Counted from the first letter of the stretch, positions 22,113 through 33,039 are shown. The stretch: DNA of 64,000 nt from an uncultured Gemmatimonadaceae bacterium (GCA_963790305.1 CAWBOC010000009.1:608001-672000); one strand, 5' to 3'. Notes: generated by a model not told the origin, from the sequence alone. Translations and numbers: made by a program.

Positions 22113-23731
22113 GCTTGTCTCCCCGTGTTGATGACGTTGACGTTCTTGAACCGAGCCGGCACGCAGCCGTGACTCACGGCGTTCGACTGGCTGGGCTGAC
22201 CCTTGCCGTCGTTGAAGGCGCCGCCGAGCATGTAGCTGTCGCGGCCTCCGATCATGTCCATGGAGTTCCAGAACTCCGGCGTGCGGAGCTGGTACGCGAC
22301 GTCTTTCAGCATGCCGACGATCTTTCCCCCGCGAATCTCGTAGAAGACCTGACCACCGAACTGCGCGTTGTATCGCTGCTGATCGATCGAGAACGAGCCT
22401 TCACCGACAATGGCGATGCCGCGATCGGTGGCGGCAATCAGATCGTCCCAGGAGTGATTCTGCTCGCCGGGAAGGAGCGAGACGTTCGGCATACGCTGGA
22501 ACTGGACGTCCGCCCACGATTGCGCGTACGAGCACCCATGCGAGCGTGTCTCGCGATTCTGCCGCGTGTACCACCACTCGAGCCAGGGCGCCTGCTCGCG
22601 GGTGGTCTGATAATCGTTGAAGACGCCGTTCTTGATGATCAGGAACTCTTCCGGTCGAACACCTTCATCGTCCCAGCCGACTGCCGAAAGCGAGCCCGGC
22701 TGCGACCGGTCGCCCTGCACGTTCATGAACTCGGGGCCGTACTTGAGGCTGCCGAGCATCTTGTCGGGCGGGGCAACGAACGATGTGCCGGCGTAGTTCG
22801 CCTCGTAGCCCATGGCGCGATCGAGCTCGGTGGGGTGCGCGATGGATTCGTGAATCGTGAGCCAGAGGTGGGACGGATGGAGAATGAGATCGTACCGACC
22901 GACCTCGACCGGCTTCGCCGAGAGCTTGCGGACTGCCTCTTCGGCCCAGCGTGGGGCGTTCTCGACGAGCTTCGCGTCGAGCACGTGCTCGTAGCCCTTT
23001 CCCATCGGCTGCACATCATTCGACTGGCGCGTCTGGAAATCGCCGGACGCGACCGCGGTGACGGTCAGCGAGGGTTGCGCTCGAAAGATCGTCTGCACGA
23101 CGTAGGTTCCGTCGGTGGTCGCCAGCGTTTTCTCTTCGCGCAGGAAGAACATCTGCGAGTTGACGAATCGCGCGCCCTGGACCCCGAGCGCGGCCGCGTT
23201 CGCCGCGAGCAGGAGCGCGGCCTTGTCTTCGATGGGCACGTCGAACGGGTCGAGTCGCGCGGGGCTGCGCCACGATCCGTCCGGCGTCGGCGTGACCGGT
23301 GCGAGCGTGACCGGGCGCACCATCGTGGTTCGATTCGCGCGCGCTTGCGTGACCGCCTGCCGCGCCACGCGGGCGACCTCTTCCCGCGTCAGATCACGAC
23401 TGGCGGCGAATCCCCATGCGCCGCCGACCAGCACGCGCACGCCGAAGCCGAAGGTCTCGTTATCGACGAGATTCTGAACGCGTTGCTCGCGCGTGAAGAT
23501 GGCCTGATTCCGATTCCGGCTGATGCGGACGTCGGCATAGCTCGCTCCGGCCGACTTCGCCGCATCGAGCGCCAGCATGGCCAGGTCCTTGAAGGTCGGA
23601 TCGCCAGTGGCAGTAGCGGTCGACGGCGCGGGAGCAGGGGGAGGGACGGTGGCCGGCGCGCATCCGGCGATTCCAATCGCCGCGCTTGCGGCCGCGGCTT
23701 GCGTGATGAATTCGCGTCTTGTCTGCGGCAC
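22109..23731 (-). CDS. tldD: TldD metalloprotease, copy 1, with Tat/lipoprotein signal
   Basis: TRREFIT...IAGC signal; HESIAHPTELD, QRMPNV, SHGCV. Confidence 0.92.
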   Translation of the reverse strand: MPQTRREFITQAAAASAAIGIAGCAPATVPPPAPAPSTATATGDPTFKDLAMLALDAAKSAGASYADVRISRNRNQAIFTREQRVQNLVDNETFGFGVRVLVGGAWGFAASRDLTREEVARVARQAVTQARANRTTMVRPVTLAPVTPTPDGSWRSPARLDPFDVPIEDKAALLLAANAAALGVQGARFVNSQMFFLREEKTLATTDGTYVVQTIFRAQPSLTVTAVASGDFQTRQSNDVQPMGKGYEHVLDAKLVENAPRWAEEAVRKLSAKPVEVGRYDLILHPSHLWLTIHESIAHPTELDRAMGYEANYAGTSFVAPPDKMLGSLKYGPEFMNVQGDRSQPGSLSAVGWDDEGVRPEEFLIIKNGVFNDYQTTREQAPWLEWWYTRQNRETRSHGCSYAQSWADVQFQRMPNVSLLPGEQNHSWDDLIAATDRGIAIVGEGSFSIDQQRYNAQFGGQVFYEIRGGKIVGMLKDVAYQLRTPEFWNSMDMIGGRDSYMLGGAFNDGKGQPSQSNAVSHGCVPARFKNVNVINTGRQA

Positions 23732-23913
23732 TCAACACCCTCGTGCTCGCACTGGGAACTCTCGTCGCCGACGCAGCAAGGATGCTGGCGCGACGCGCAT
23801 CGCGTGCGGATATCGTCTGCCGGCGCGAATATAGAAATGGCATCAGACCCACGCAATAGCGCGAGGATGGTTTTTTACAGCATGTCAACCATCATGCGAG
23901 CGAGTCGCGACGA

Positions 23914-25242
23914 ATGAACGATGCACGCGCATCGGCGCACGTGCTGGTGATCGGCGGGGGCTTCAGCGGCGTCGCCGCGGCCGTCGCGCTTCACGCACGA
24001 GGACATGCGGTCACGCTCCTCGAGCGACACGCCGTGCTCGGCGGGCGAGCGCGCAGTGATGCGCGGAGCGAAGGTGCCATCGACACCGGCGCACAGCTCA
24101 TCGCATTGACGTTCACGCGCACGATGAGACTGCTCGCCACCGCGCGCCTCCATCCAACGAACGCACGCGACATCTTCGTGCGGGACGGCAAGCGGCTTCC
24201 CATTCGTTTCGGGTCGATCGCTTCGATGCTGCGCTTCGGCGGATTGGGAGCCGGAGACAAACTGAAGCTCGGTACGACCCTGCTGCCGTTGCTCGCGCGC
24301 CATGCCGGCGCGTTGCGCGCGGACGACAGCGACGGACTGGAAGAGCTCGATCGCGTTTCGGCTCGCGCCTTCGTCACGCAGACGATCAGTGAACGCGCCG
24401 CGAACGTTCTCGTCGAGCCACCGCTCAACGCGTTCTATGGCGCGCGCGGCAGCGAAACGAGTCTGGCGTTTTTTTTGACTCTCGGCAGATACGGCAGCGA
24501 TGCGTCGCTGCTCGCGAGCCACGAGGGATGGTCGGGCGCGCTCGCGACGGTCGCCGCCGGTGTGCGACTGGAGCTCAACACACACGTCGACGTGATTCAG
24601 GTCACGCCATCAGGCGTCGTCGTTCGCGATGCCACACACCGTGAGTGGCGGGCGGACGCAGTCGTCATCGCCACCAGCGCCTTCATTGCCCACGGACTGC
24701 TTGGCCCTGTCGTCGGCGAGTCGCATCCATTGGTGAGCTGGCTCGCCTCGATTGTTACACGACCGACGTGGACCGTGATGCTCGCGCTCAACCGGTCCAT
24801 GCACGCAGAAACGTTCGGCGTGCTGGCCGACCCGACGGAGTCAGCGATGGTGAGTGCGTGCGCACTCCCCGCGGGACGGTGGACTACCCAGGACCGGTCC
24901 GACGGAATCGTCCTCGCGTGGCCGACCCCGAATGCCGTCGATCGACTCGCGAGTCACCCGGCGGCCGAGATCGTCGCCGCCATGATGCCGGAGATCGAGC
25001 GGCTGGTCCCGGATACGCGCGGGGCCATCGAGCGTGCGCGAGTATTTCGTTTCAATGAAGGGACGCCGCTGGCGCGCCCTGGGTTCCTCGCGCATCGGGC
25101 GATCGGCAGGCAGCTCGTGGAGTCGCTGCAATTGCCGGTCGCGCTGGCCGGAGACTACCTCACCATGCCCCTCGTCGAGGGAGCCGTCGTCAGCGGCGAC
25201 TGGGCTGCGGAGCGAATCGCCAGGCTACTGACGAGCGCCTGA
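23914..25242 (+). CDS. FAD-dependent oxidoreductase (amine oxidase/protoporphyrinogen oxidase-like)
   Basis: VIGGGFSGVAAA, LGGRA, IDTGAQ, LAGDY...VEGAVVSG. Confidence 0.85.
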   Translation: MNDARASAHVLVIGGGFSGVAAAVALHARGHAVTLLERHAVLGGRARSDARSEGAIDTGAQLIALTFTRTMRLLATARLHPTNARDIFVRDGKRLPIRFGSIASMLRFGGLGAGDKLKLGTTLLPLLARHAGALRADDSDGLEELDRVSARAFVTQTISERAANVLVEPPLNAFYGARGSETSLAFFLTLGRYGSDASLLASHEGWSGALATVAAGVRLELNTHVDVIQVTPSGVVVRDATHREWRADAVVIATSAFIAHGLLGPVVGESHPLVSWLASIVTRPTWTVMLALNRSMHAETFGVLADPTESAMVSACALPAGRWTTQDRSDGIVLAWPTPNAVDRLASHPAAEIVAAMMPEIERLVPDTRGAIERARVFRFNEGTPLARPGFLAHRAIGRQLVESLQLPVALAGDYLTMPLVEGAVVSGDWAAERIARLLTSA

Positions 25243-26976
25243 CGAGCTCGACGCGGCGGGCGGCGGAGTGCTGTCGGCTGCGGGCGTCGGTGCCGCCGTC
25301 GTCGTATCACCTTGCGGCTGCTGCACTGGCGCCACCCGACGCGCAGGTACCTCGAACGCCGCAACGACGGTGTCGCCTTCGCTCACCTGGACATCATGCT
25401 GGAAGGGCATGAACATGTCGCCCGCGCCGCGCACGGTCACGATGTGCGCTCCCTTGTCGACGCGAATGATCTGCGGCGCCGAGCCGTAGGAGCGACCGTT
25501 GATGATGATCGGCGCTGTTCCGCCGGCGACGGTGACCTTGATCCAGCCATGGCGTGCGCCTGTCATGCGAAAGGGTGCTGGCCCCACTGGCGATCTGACG
25601 AGCGTATCCTCGAGCACGAGCGGCGCGCGCTCGAGGTCCAATGGAGCGGCCAGCGTCGAGTCGGTCGGCTGCGTCGTATCGGCGGGCACGATGGTGTCGC
25701 TCGCGACGAGCGGGTCCCGCGTCGAAGGGACGGGACCGGGTGACTGCGCCGCGGCACCTGACGTGGCGAGGTGCTGCGCTTGATCGCGAGCCAGTCCGGC
25801 GGCGTGGACGAGCCCGCCCCAGAACTCCAGCGCTTGCGCGCGCACGGGCGGAACGCCGTACACGACTGCCGCCAGCGCCGCGACGGCGACCGTCGCCTTC
25901 CAGGGAAATCCTCGGCGCTTTCGCCGAGGCTCATAACGAGGGCCACGGGCGGTGTTGGGTGACGGGCCGGCGGGTCGCCGTCCTGCCAACGCCTCGACGA
26001 ATCCGGTCACGGTGGAGAACCGCTCCGACGACAGCTTCGACATGGCACGACGCAATGCGGCGTCAGCGCTCGCTGGCAATGCCTGACGGATCGCGGTGAT
26101 GTCGGGCATCTCCGCCGAGAGGTGGAGCGTCAGCAGATCTTCGACACGCGCGGTCTCGAACGGACGCACACCGGAGAGCATCTCGTACGCGACAACGGCC
26201 AACGCGTATTGATCGGCTCGCCCATCGAGCTCTTCACCTCGCCACTGTTCGGGCGACATGTACGCGGGCGATCCGATGATGCCTGTACCCGTTACGTTAC
26301 CGGTCGTGTTGCCCAGCGCCTTCGCGATACCGAAATCCGCGACCATCGCGTGACCCGATTCACCCAGCAGAATGTTCGCCGGCTTGATATCGCGGTGCAC
26401 GACGCCTTGGCGGTGGGCGTGATCGAGCGCGGCTGCGACGTCGCGCAGGACGCGCACGCAGTAATCGAACTCGAGCGCCTTCTTGCTGGCCACGATGCTC
26501 TCGAGCGTGCCGCCGCGCACGAGGCGCATGGTGTAATACGCGACCGAGTTGCCGTGACCGACGGCGAAGATCGGAACAATGTTGGGATGGTCGAGCTTCG
26601 CCGCGAGCTTCGCTTCGCGCTCGAATCGCCCGTAGGCCTCGGGGGCGAACACGGGATCGAGCGCGAGCACCTTGAGCGCGACTTCGCGGTCCAGTGCGCG
26701 CTCACGCGCGCGGAAGACGATGCCCATCCCGCCGCGACCGAGCAGCTCCATCAGCTCGAAGGCTTCGCCGATGGACTCCTGAAGGCGCGCCCGGAGCTTT
26801 TCCGTCTGATCACCCGTATATGCCGTCTCGCCGGCGGGCGCCTCGGACAATGCGGCTCCACACTTCGCGCAAAGCGTGAGCGAAGCGGAAAGCGACGCGC
26901 CGCATCGCGGGCACGTCACCGATAGCGTTATGCGCGAGGTGACGACGCTCGCGGGGCGAGCGGGAGTATCGGACAC
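25225..26976 (-). CDS. Hanks-type Ser/Thr protein kinase with N-terminal Zn ribbon, TM and PEGA-like C-terminus
   Basis: CPRC/CAKC, LGRGGMG, VALK, HRDIKPAN, DFG, YMSPEQ. Confidence 0.95.
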   Translation of the reverse strand: MSDTPARPASVVTSRITLSVTCPRCGASLSASLTLCAKCGAALSEAPAGETAYTGDQTEKLRARLQESIGEAFELMELLGRGGMGIVFRARERALDREVALKVLALDPVFAPEAYGRFEREAKLAAKLDHPNIVPIFAVGHGNSVAYYTMRLVRGGTLESIVASKKALEFDYCVRVLRDVAAALDHAHRQGVVHRDIKPANILLGESGHAMVADFGIAKALGNTTGNVTGTGIIGSPAYMSPEQWRGEELDGRADQYALAVVAYEMLSGVRPFETARVEDLLTLHLSAEMPDITAIRQALPASADAALRRAMSKLSSERFSTVTGFVEALAGRRPAGPSPNTARGPRYEPRRKRRGFPWKATVAVAALAAVVYGVPPVRAQALEFWGGLVHAAGLARDQAQHLATSGAAAQSPGPVPSTRDPLVASDTIVPADTTQPTDSTLAAPLDLERAPLVLEDTLVRSPVGPAPFRMTGARHGWIKVTVAGGTAPIIINGRSYGSAPQIIRVDKGAHIVTVRGAGDMFMPFQHDVQVSEGDTVVAAFEVPARRVAPVQQPQGDTTTAAPTPAADSTPPPAASSSSGARQ

Positions 26977-27115
26977 TGATCTGGCCTATGGGCGTGCAGT
27001 CGTCAGAATGACTGTGCCGACCGTTCAAGGGTCACGTTGCGGACACGGTTGAACGAAGGGGGGCGCGCCCTATATATAAGGAAGGCCGCTCGCCCGAACT
27101 CCTCCCGAACCCCGC

Positions 27116-30098
27116 ATGCCAACTCTTTCCGTCAACGGCACCGACGTCACCGTCCGCGACGGCGCGACGATCCTGGATGCGGCGCGACAACTCGGCATCG
27201 ATGTGCCGACGTTATGCTGGTATCCGAAGCTCCCGATCGTGGGCAACTGTCGCGTGTGCCTCGTGTCGGTGGAGGGAGGCGCCGAAGCTCGTGGCAGCCT
27301 GCGCCGCGGCTGCCGTCGATGGAATGAAGGTGACGACCGAGTCGCACGCGGCCGTCGAGAATCGGCGCGCGGTGCTCGGCATGCTTCTCGAGCGGTATCC
27401 GGCTGAGCACATCGACGAGAGTGCCACGCCGAACGAGTTCGAACGGATGGTACGGCGCTACGGCGTGAGCCTGGAGAATCGCTCCGGGCTCCCGCTCCGC
27501 GCGGGCGATGATCGGGCGGGCGACCCGATGATCCAGCACGACATGTCCACCTGCATTCTCTGCACGCGATGCGTGCGCGCGTGCGCGGACATTCAGGTCG
27601 TGGGCGTGCTCGACGTCGCCTATCGAGGCGATCACGCCGAGATCATCGTCGGGGCGGATGGGAATCCCGAGCACGCGGGATGCACGTGGTGTGGTGAGTG
27701 CGTTCGCGTCTGTCCCACCGGGGCCATCCACGACGTACTGCCGCTGGCGAAGTTCGCGCGCGACGCGATGCAGAAGCCCGCGACGACGGTGCGGAGCGTG
27801 TGCCCATACTGCGGCGTTGGCTGCCAGCTCGATCTCGAGGTTCGCGGCACCGATGTCGTTCGCGTCAACAGCCCGTGGATCGAGGAGGCGACGCCGAACA
27901 TGGGCTCGACGTGTGTAAAGGGTCGCTTCGGCACCGACTTCGTCATGCATCGCGATCGCCTCACGACACCATTGATTCGGAAGGGCTGGGTGAAACGGGA
28001 TGGTCGCTGGCGCTTCGAGGGGGACGCGAGCAATGGGAAGCGGTGGGGGCGACGCGGGGGGCCCTGGCGCGACATTGAAGGCGAATCCAACACGCACAAG
28101 TCGCGTCCCAAGATCAATCCTCTGCGTCGTCTTCCCACCCTCGACAGCCCGCTGGGTGACCCGCGCGATCGCGTGGCCACGCCGGCCGACTGGTACGAGC
28201 CCTTCCGCGAGGGCACGTGGGATGAGGCGATGGAGATTGTCGCCCAGGAGCTCACGCGGCTTCGTGACAGCCATGGTCCGGATTCTCTGGCAGTGTTCTC
28301 CTCCGCCAAGTGCTCCAACGAGGAGAATTACGTTCTCCAACGCCTGTTCAGGGCGGGCATTGGCACCAACAACGTCGACCATTGCACGCGCCTGTGCCAT
28401 TCGTCGTCGGTGAGCGCGATGCAGCGGGCGATGAACACCAGCGCGGCTTCGGGGTCGATGCGCGAGGTGGAGTGCGAGTCCGACGTAATCTTCTTGCTCG
28501 GCGCCAACACCACCGAGTCACACCCGGTGTTTGGTGCCGCACTCAAGCGCGCGCAGCGGCGTGGAGCAAAGCTCATCGTCGCCGATCCCCGCCGCATTGA
28601 GCTCGCGCAGCGCGCGGACATTCATCTGCAAATGCTTCCCGGCACCGACGTCGCGCTCCTCAACGCGATGCTGCACCACGTCATCACCACGGATCTGCAC
28701 GACACCAGCTTCATCCGTGAGCGGACCCATGGCTTCGATGAGGTGGCGCGGGCGATAGCGCCGTATACGCCGGAGCGCGCGGAGACGATCTCCGGGGTGC
28801 CGGCCGAGCTCATTCGCCGTGCGGCGGAGCTCTACGCACGGGGTCCGAGATCATCGACGCTGTGGGCGATGGGGCTCACCCAGCACAGGACGGGAACGGA
28901 CATCGTCGCTTCCCTGCTCAACCTCATCCTCGCCACGGGGATGATCGGACGATGGGGCGCGGCGATGCTCCCGATCCGCGGGCAGAACAACGTGCAGGGA
29001 GCGAGTGACGTCGGTGCGATTCCCATGGTGTACACGGACTATCAGCCGGTGACCGACCCCGCGATTCGCCATCGCTTTGCGCAGGCGTGGGGCGTGCCGG
29101 ACGAGCGGCTTTCCCTCACGCCCGGCCTCAAGGTCACGCAGACCGTCGCCAAGGGAAGCCCCGTGCGCGGCATGTACATCATGGGCGAGAACCCCATCAT
29201 CTCGGACCCGGATGTCGCGCACGCGGAGGAGTGGTTTCTCGGTCTCGAGTTTCTGGCGGTGCACGATCTCTTTCTGACCGAAACGGCCCGCTACGCGGAC
29301 GTCGTTCTTCCCGGCGCGTCGTTCGCCGAGAAGGATGGAACGTACGTGAACACCGAGCGGCGTGTGCAGCTGGCTCGTCAGGCAGTCCCCGCCCCCGGCT
29401 CGGCGCGAGGTGATCTCGACACCCTGGTCGACCTGTCCAACCGCATCGGTCTTCCCACGCCGTTCAGGACGGCCGCCGAAGTGATGGTCGAGATCGCGAG
29501 CGTCACGCCGTCGTGGCGAGGGATCACGCACGCGCGGCTCGAGGAGACCGGCGGACTTCAGTATCCGGTGGACCACGCGACGCATCCGGGGACGGCGTTC
29601 CTGTTCGGCGATCGCTTCCCGACTGCCGACGGACGGGCGACGCTGGTACCGGTGGAGTTTCTGCCGCCCGCGGAGCTACCGGACGACGAATTCCCGTTCT
29701 GGATGAACACCGGACGTCAGCTCTACCACTGGCACACCGGCACGATGACGCGCCGCTCGCTCGGCCTGGACTCACGCGAGCCGGTCCCCACGGTGGAGCT
29801 CTCGCCCGCCGATGCGGCCGACATGGGTGTACGAGACGGCGACGCGGTGCGGATCACGTCGCGGAGGAACAGCATCGAGATCGCGGTGCGCCTTTCACCA
29901 CGCGTGGCGCGCCATCAGGTATTCATCCCCATGCACTATCGTGAGGCGGCGGCGAATCTGCTGACGAACCCGGCGCTCGACCCCTACGCCCACATTCCCG
30001 AGTTCAAGGTATGCGCGGTGCGAATCGAGCCGGTGGCGCGGAGTGGGCGTCCTTCCTTGAGCGCCGAGCGGATCGAGCCGCTCGTTCCAGCGGATTGA
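27116..30098 (+). CDS. fdhF: Formate dehydrogenase alpha-like molybdoenzyme with 2Fe-2S and 4Fe-4S domains (frameshift near 27280)
   Basis: VPTLC...CRVCLV, CILCTRCVRAC, CPYCGVGC, DHCTRLCH (Cys ligand), RGQNNVQG, TGRQLYHWHTGTMTRR. Confidence 0.9.
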
Positions 30099-30099
30099 G

Positions 30100-30154
30100 A
30101 GGTGCTCGAGGTGCTCGAGGGAACTGCGGTTTCCCTTGAGCACCTCGAGCACCT
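30100..30154. repeat. Palindrome of 9-nt tandem repeats (AGGTGCTCG)
   Basis: aggtgctcg-aggtgctcg-agggaa...ttccctt-gagcacctc-gagcacct. Confidence 0.85.
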
Positions 30155-30162
30155 TTATGCAA

Positions 30163-30208
30163 TCTGAATTCTCCACTCTGTATTCTGAACTCCGTCATCT
30201 TTGCCGTC
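30163..30208. repeat. Half copy (right arm) of the TCTGA-type heptamer element
   Basis: tctgaat-tctccac-tctgtat-tctgaac-tccgtca-tctttgccgt resembles the right arm at 45928-45974. Confidence 0.65.
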
Positions 30209-30268
30209 ATCTAGCGGCCTGGCCCCGGCCGTGCGAGCTTTCACGCGCTCGCCGCGCCCCCTGCGGCC

Positions 30269-31327
30269 ATGTCCATCGACTCGACGCAGGAGCTGTCGCG
30301 CGTGAAGGCACTCGTCAAGGAGACCGCGGGTCCCGGCTTCAAGCTCAAGAACGTTCCGGAGCCGAACATCCGCGACGACGAAGTGCTCATCCGCGTACGC
30401 CGGGCGGGCGTGTGCGGCACCGACGTTCACATCTACGAATGGGATGACTGGGCGCGAGGCCGCGTGAAGCCGCCCATCGTCGTCGGCCACGAGTTCGCCG
30501 GCGAGGTGGTGGCCGTCGGCTCATTGGTGCGCGATGTACGCGAGGGCGACCGTGTGACCGCAGAAGGACACATTGTCGACGGTCGCTGTCTTCTCTGCCG
30601 CACGGGAAACGCCCACGTATGCCCGCATACGCGCATCATCGGCGTCGACCGCGATGGATGCTTCGCCGAGTACATCGCGATGCCGGCGGTGAACGTGTGG
30701 CACCTCGATGACAACGTGTCGTTCGAGGTGGGCGGCATCCACGACCCCATGGGCAACGCGTTTCACACCGCGCTCACCGCCGACATTCCTGGCGCGACGG
30801 TGCTGGTGACGGGATGCGGACCGATTGGCCTGTTCGCCATTGGGATCTGCAATGCGGCAGGCGCGTCACGGATCATCGCCAGCGATGTGAACGACACGCG
30901 TCTCGCGCTGGCGCGGCGCATGGGCGCCGACGATACGGTGAAGCCGCACGAAGCAGAGCCGGTCGTGAAACGGCACACCGCCGGGCTCGGCGTGGATGTG
31001 GTCCTGGAAATGTCGGGCGTTCCGTCGGCGATCCACCAGGCGTTCGCGCTGGTACGGGTCGGCGGCCGCGTGCAGATGCTTGGGATTCCGGCCAAGCCCA
31101 TGGAGGTCAACTTCGCGACCGAGGTGATCTTCAAGGGCATCACGATCTATGGTGTGGTCGGGCGTCGCATGTACGACACCTGGCACCAGATGACGCGCTT
31201 TCTCCGTTCCGGCGAGTTCGACCCGACACCTGTGATCACACACCGCTTTCCCCTCGAGGCGGCCGACGAGGCGATCGGCGCCATCAGGAGTGGAGAGGCG
31301 GGGAAGGTGATCTTCGAGGTGAGCTGA
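30269..31327 (+). CDS. tdh: L-threonine 3-dehydrogenase
   Basis: GVCGTDVHIYEWD, GHEFAG, DPMGNAFHT, GCGPIG, GRRMYDTW; adjacent to kbl. Confidence 0.95.
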   Translation: MSIDSTQELSRVKALVKETAGPGFKLKNVPEPNIRDDEVLIRVRRAGVCGTDVHIYEWDDWARGRVKPPIVVGHEFAGEVVAVGSLVRDVREGDRVTAEGHIVDGRCLLCRTGNAHVCPHTRIIGVDRDGCFAEYIAMPAVNVWHLDDNVSFEVGGIHDPMGNAFHTALTADIPGATVLVTGCGPIGLFAIGICNAAGASRIIASDVNDTRLALARRMGADDTVKPHEAEPVVKRHTAGLGVDVVLEMSGVPSAIHQAFALVRVGGRVQMLGIPAKPMEVNFATEVIFKGITIYGVVGRRMYDTWHQMTRFLRSGEFDPTPVITHRFPLEAADEAIGAIRSGEAGKVIFEVS

Positions 31328-31332
31328 ATCAG

Positions 31333-31429
31333 GAAGAATGCGGAATGCGGATTGCGGATTGCTCGTAAGACCCCTCGTACGTTTACGGCAGCCAAACATC
31401 CATTCCGCATTCCGCAATCCGCATTCTTC
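31333..31429. repeat. Palindrome of GAATGCG heptamer repeats
   Basis: gaatgcg-gaatgcg-gattgcg-gattgct...cattccg-cattccg-caatccg-cattc with core GTAAGACCC. Confidence 0.9.
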
Positions 31430-31433
31430 TCTC

Positions 31434-32644
31434 ATGAGCCTGAACAGTCGCTTCAACACGGAGCTCGCCAGCGCGCTTCGAGCAGCTTCGCGACGACCGC
31501 GTCTACAAACGCCTCAACTACATCGACTCGCCGCAGTCCGCGCACGTGCAGATGGAAGGGCGCGGTGACGTGCTCATCCTGTCGTCGAACAACTACCTTG
31601 GGCTGTGCGGACGAGCCCCCGGTCATCGATGCGGGACATGAGGCGCTGGACAAGTATGGTGCGGGCACCGGGAGCGTGCGGTTCATCTGCGGCACGTTCA
31701 CGATTCACCGACAGCTCGAGCAGGCGCTTGCGCGCTTCGTCGGTACCGAGTCGTCGATGAGCTACGTGTCGTGCTGGAACGCGAACGAGGGGCTCACGGC
31801 AACGATCGTCGAGGAAGGCGACTTCGTCATCTCCGACGCGCTCAACCACGCGTCGATCATCGACTCGATTCGTCTCGCCAAGGCGATCACCAAGTGCACG
31901 ACGGCGGTCTACAAGCACTCCGACATGGACGACCTGCGCACCAAGCTCGCCGCGAACCGGGGAGCACGACGCAGGCTCATTTGGACGGATGGCGTCTTCT
32001 CCATGGAAGGCGACGTCGCGCGCCTGCCGGAGATCCTCGAGATCGCCCGGGAACAGGACGCCATCGTCGCGATGGACGACTCCCACGCCTCCGGCGTGCT
32101 CGGCAAGACCGGGCGCGGAACCGCCGAGCACCATGGGGTGTTTGGAGAGGTCGACATCATCACGTCCACGCTGGGCAAGGCGTTAGGCGGTGCGGCGGGT
32201 GGCTTCACGGCCGGATCTGCCGCGCTCACGGACTATCTCACCCAACGCTCCCGCCCGCAGCTCTTCTCCAACGCACTGCCGCCGACGGTCGCCGCCAGCT
32301 CCCTCGCGGCAGTCCGGTTCATCGAGACACACCCCGAGCGCGTGACGCGTCTGCACGAGAACACCCGTTACTTCCGCTCGGCGATCACCGATGCCGGATT
32401 CACACCGCTCGAGGGTGACACGCCGATCGTGCCGATCATCGTTGGTGAAACGTCGCTCGCGATTCAGATCAGCGACATGATGCTCGACGAGGGGATCTTC
32501 GTGACGGGCTTCGGCTATCCGGTGGTGCCGCAAGGACACGCACGCATTCGCTGCCAGGTGAGCGCAGGCCACACGCGAGAGGATCTCGACTTCGCGGTGG
32601 GGAGCTTCAAGAAAGTGGGAAGGAAGGTCGGGCTGCTGAAGTGA
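31434..32644 (+). CDS. kbl: Glycine C-acetyltransferase (frameshifts near 31485 and 31605)
   Basis: SSNNYLG in an alternate frame; SVRFICGT, DALNHASIID, DDSHA, TLGKALGGA, QRSRPQLFSN. Confidence 0.93.
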
Positions 32645-32712
32645 ATGCGGAATGCGGAATGCGGAATGGTGTAAGACCCGTACACCATTCCGCATTCCGC
32701 ATTCCGCATTCA
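32642..32712. repeat. Perfect 32-bp-arm palindrome of GAATGCG repeats
   Basis: t(gaatgcg)3gaatggtgta-agacccg-tacaccattc(cgcattc)3a; its ends are the stop codons of the two convergent genes. Confidence 0.95.
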
Positions 32713-33039
32713 GACTTTGCACTTCACCTCGATGACGAGCCGCCGCCAGCTCTCCACATCGTCGCCGTGCACGCGGTCGACGTACGCGCTGCAGCGGCCG
32801 CCCTCGAGCATCCACGGGACGAGCCAGCGGGAAATGTCGGGTGGGAGGTGTCCGATCACATCGCCGCCGGGCGCGTGGACCCAGACCCACGGATCGTCGG
32901 TGCCCGGTGGGTCGGGAACGAGGATGAGGCGATCGCCCGCATGCAAGCGGTGAACGACCGCCGTACGCTGGCCAAAGACGGTGCCGTGCACCGGCGTGCG
33001 AAAGTGATCGTTGTGCGGTGGATATGTCGGTGTTTCCAC
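32710..33039 (-). CDS. Stand-alone HIRAN domain protein
   Basis: VHGTVFGQR, LILVPDP, VIGHLPPDISRWLVP pattern; 109 aa. Confidence 0.75.
   Translation of the reverse strand: METPTYPPHNDHFRTPVHGTVFGQRTAVVHRLHAGDRLILVPDPPGTDDPWVWVHAPGGDVIGHLPPDISRWLVPWMLEGGRCSAYVDRVHGDDVESWRRLVIEVKCKV

Noticed and set aside
19830..23917. Long plus-strand ORFs of 755 and 607 aa
   Set aside because: Antisense shadows of the tld genes, expected at high GC; no motifs.
27000..27030. sigma54 promoter for the Ser/Thr kinase (minus strand CGGCACAG)
   Set aside because: The -12 GC is missing at the required spacing.
27116..30098. Selenocysteine recoding in the formate dehydrogenase
   Set aside because: Active-site codon is TGC in an open frame; the break near 27280 is a frameshift, not an in-frame TGA.
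31333..32712. GAATGCG repeats as a CRISPR array
   Set aside because: Units are 7 nt, directly tandem and inverted, with no unique spacers between direct repeats.
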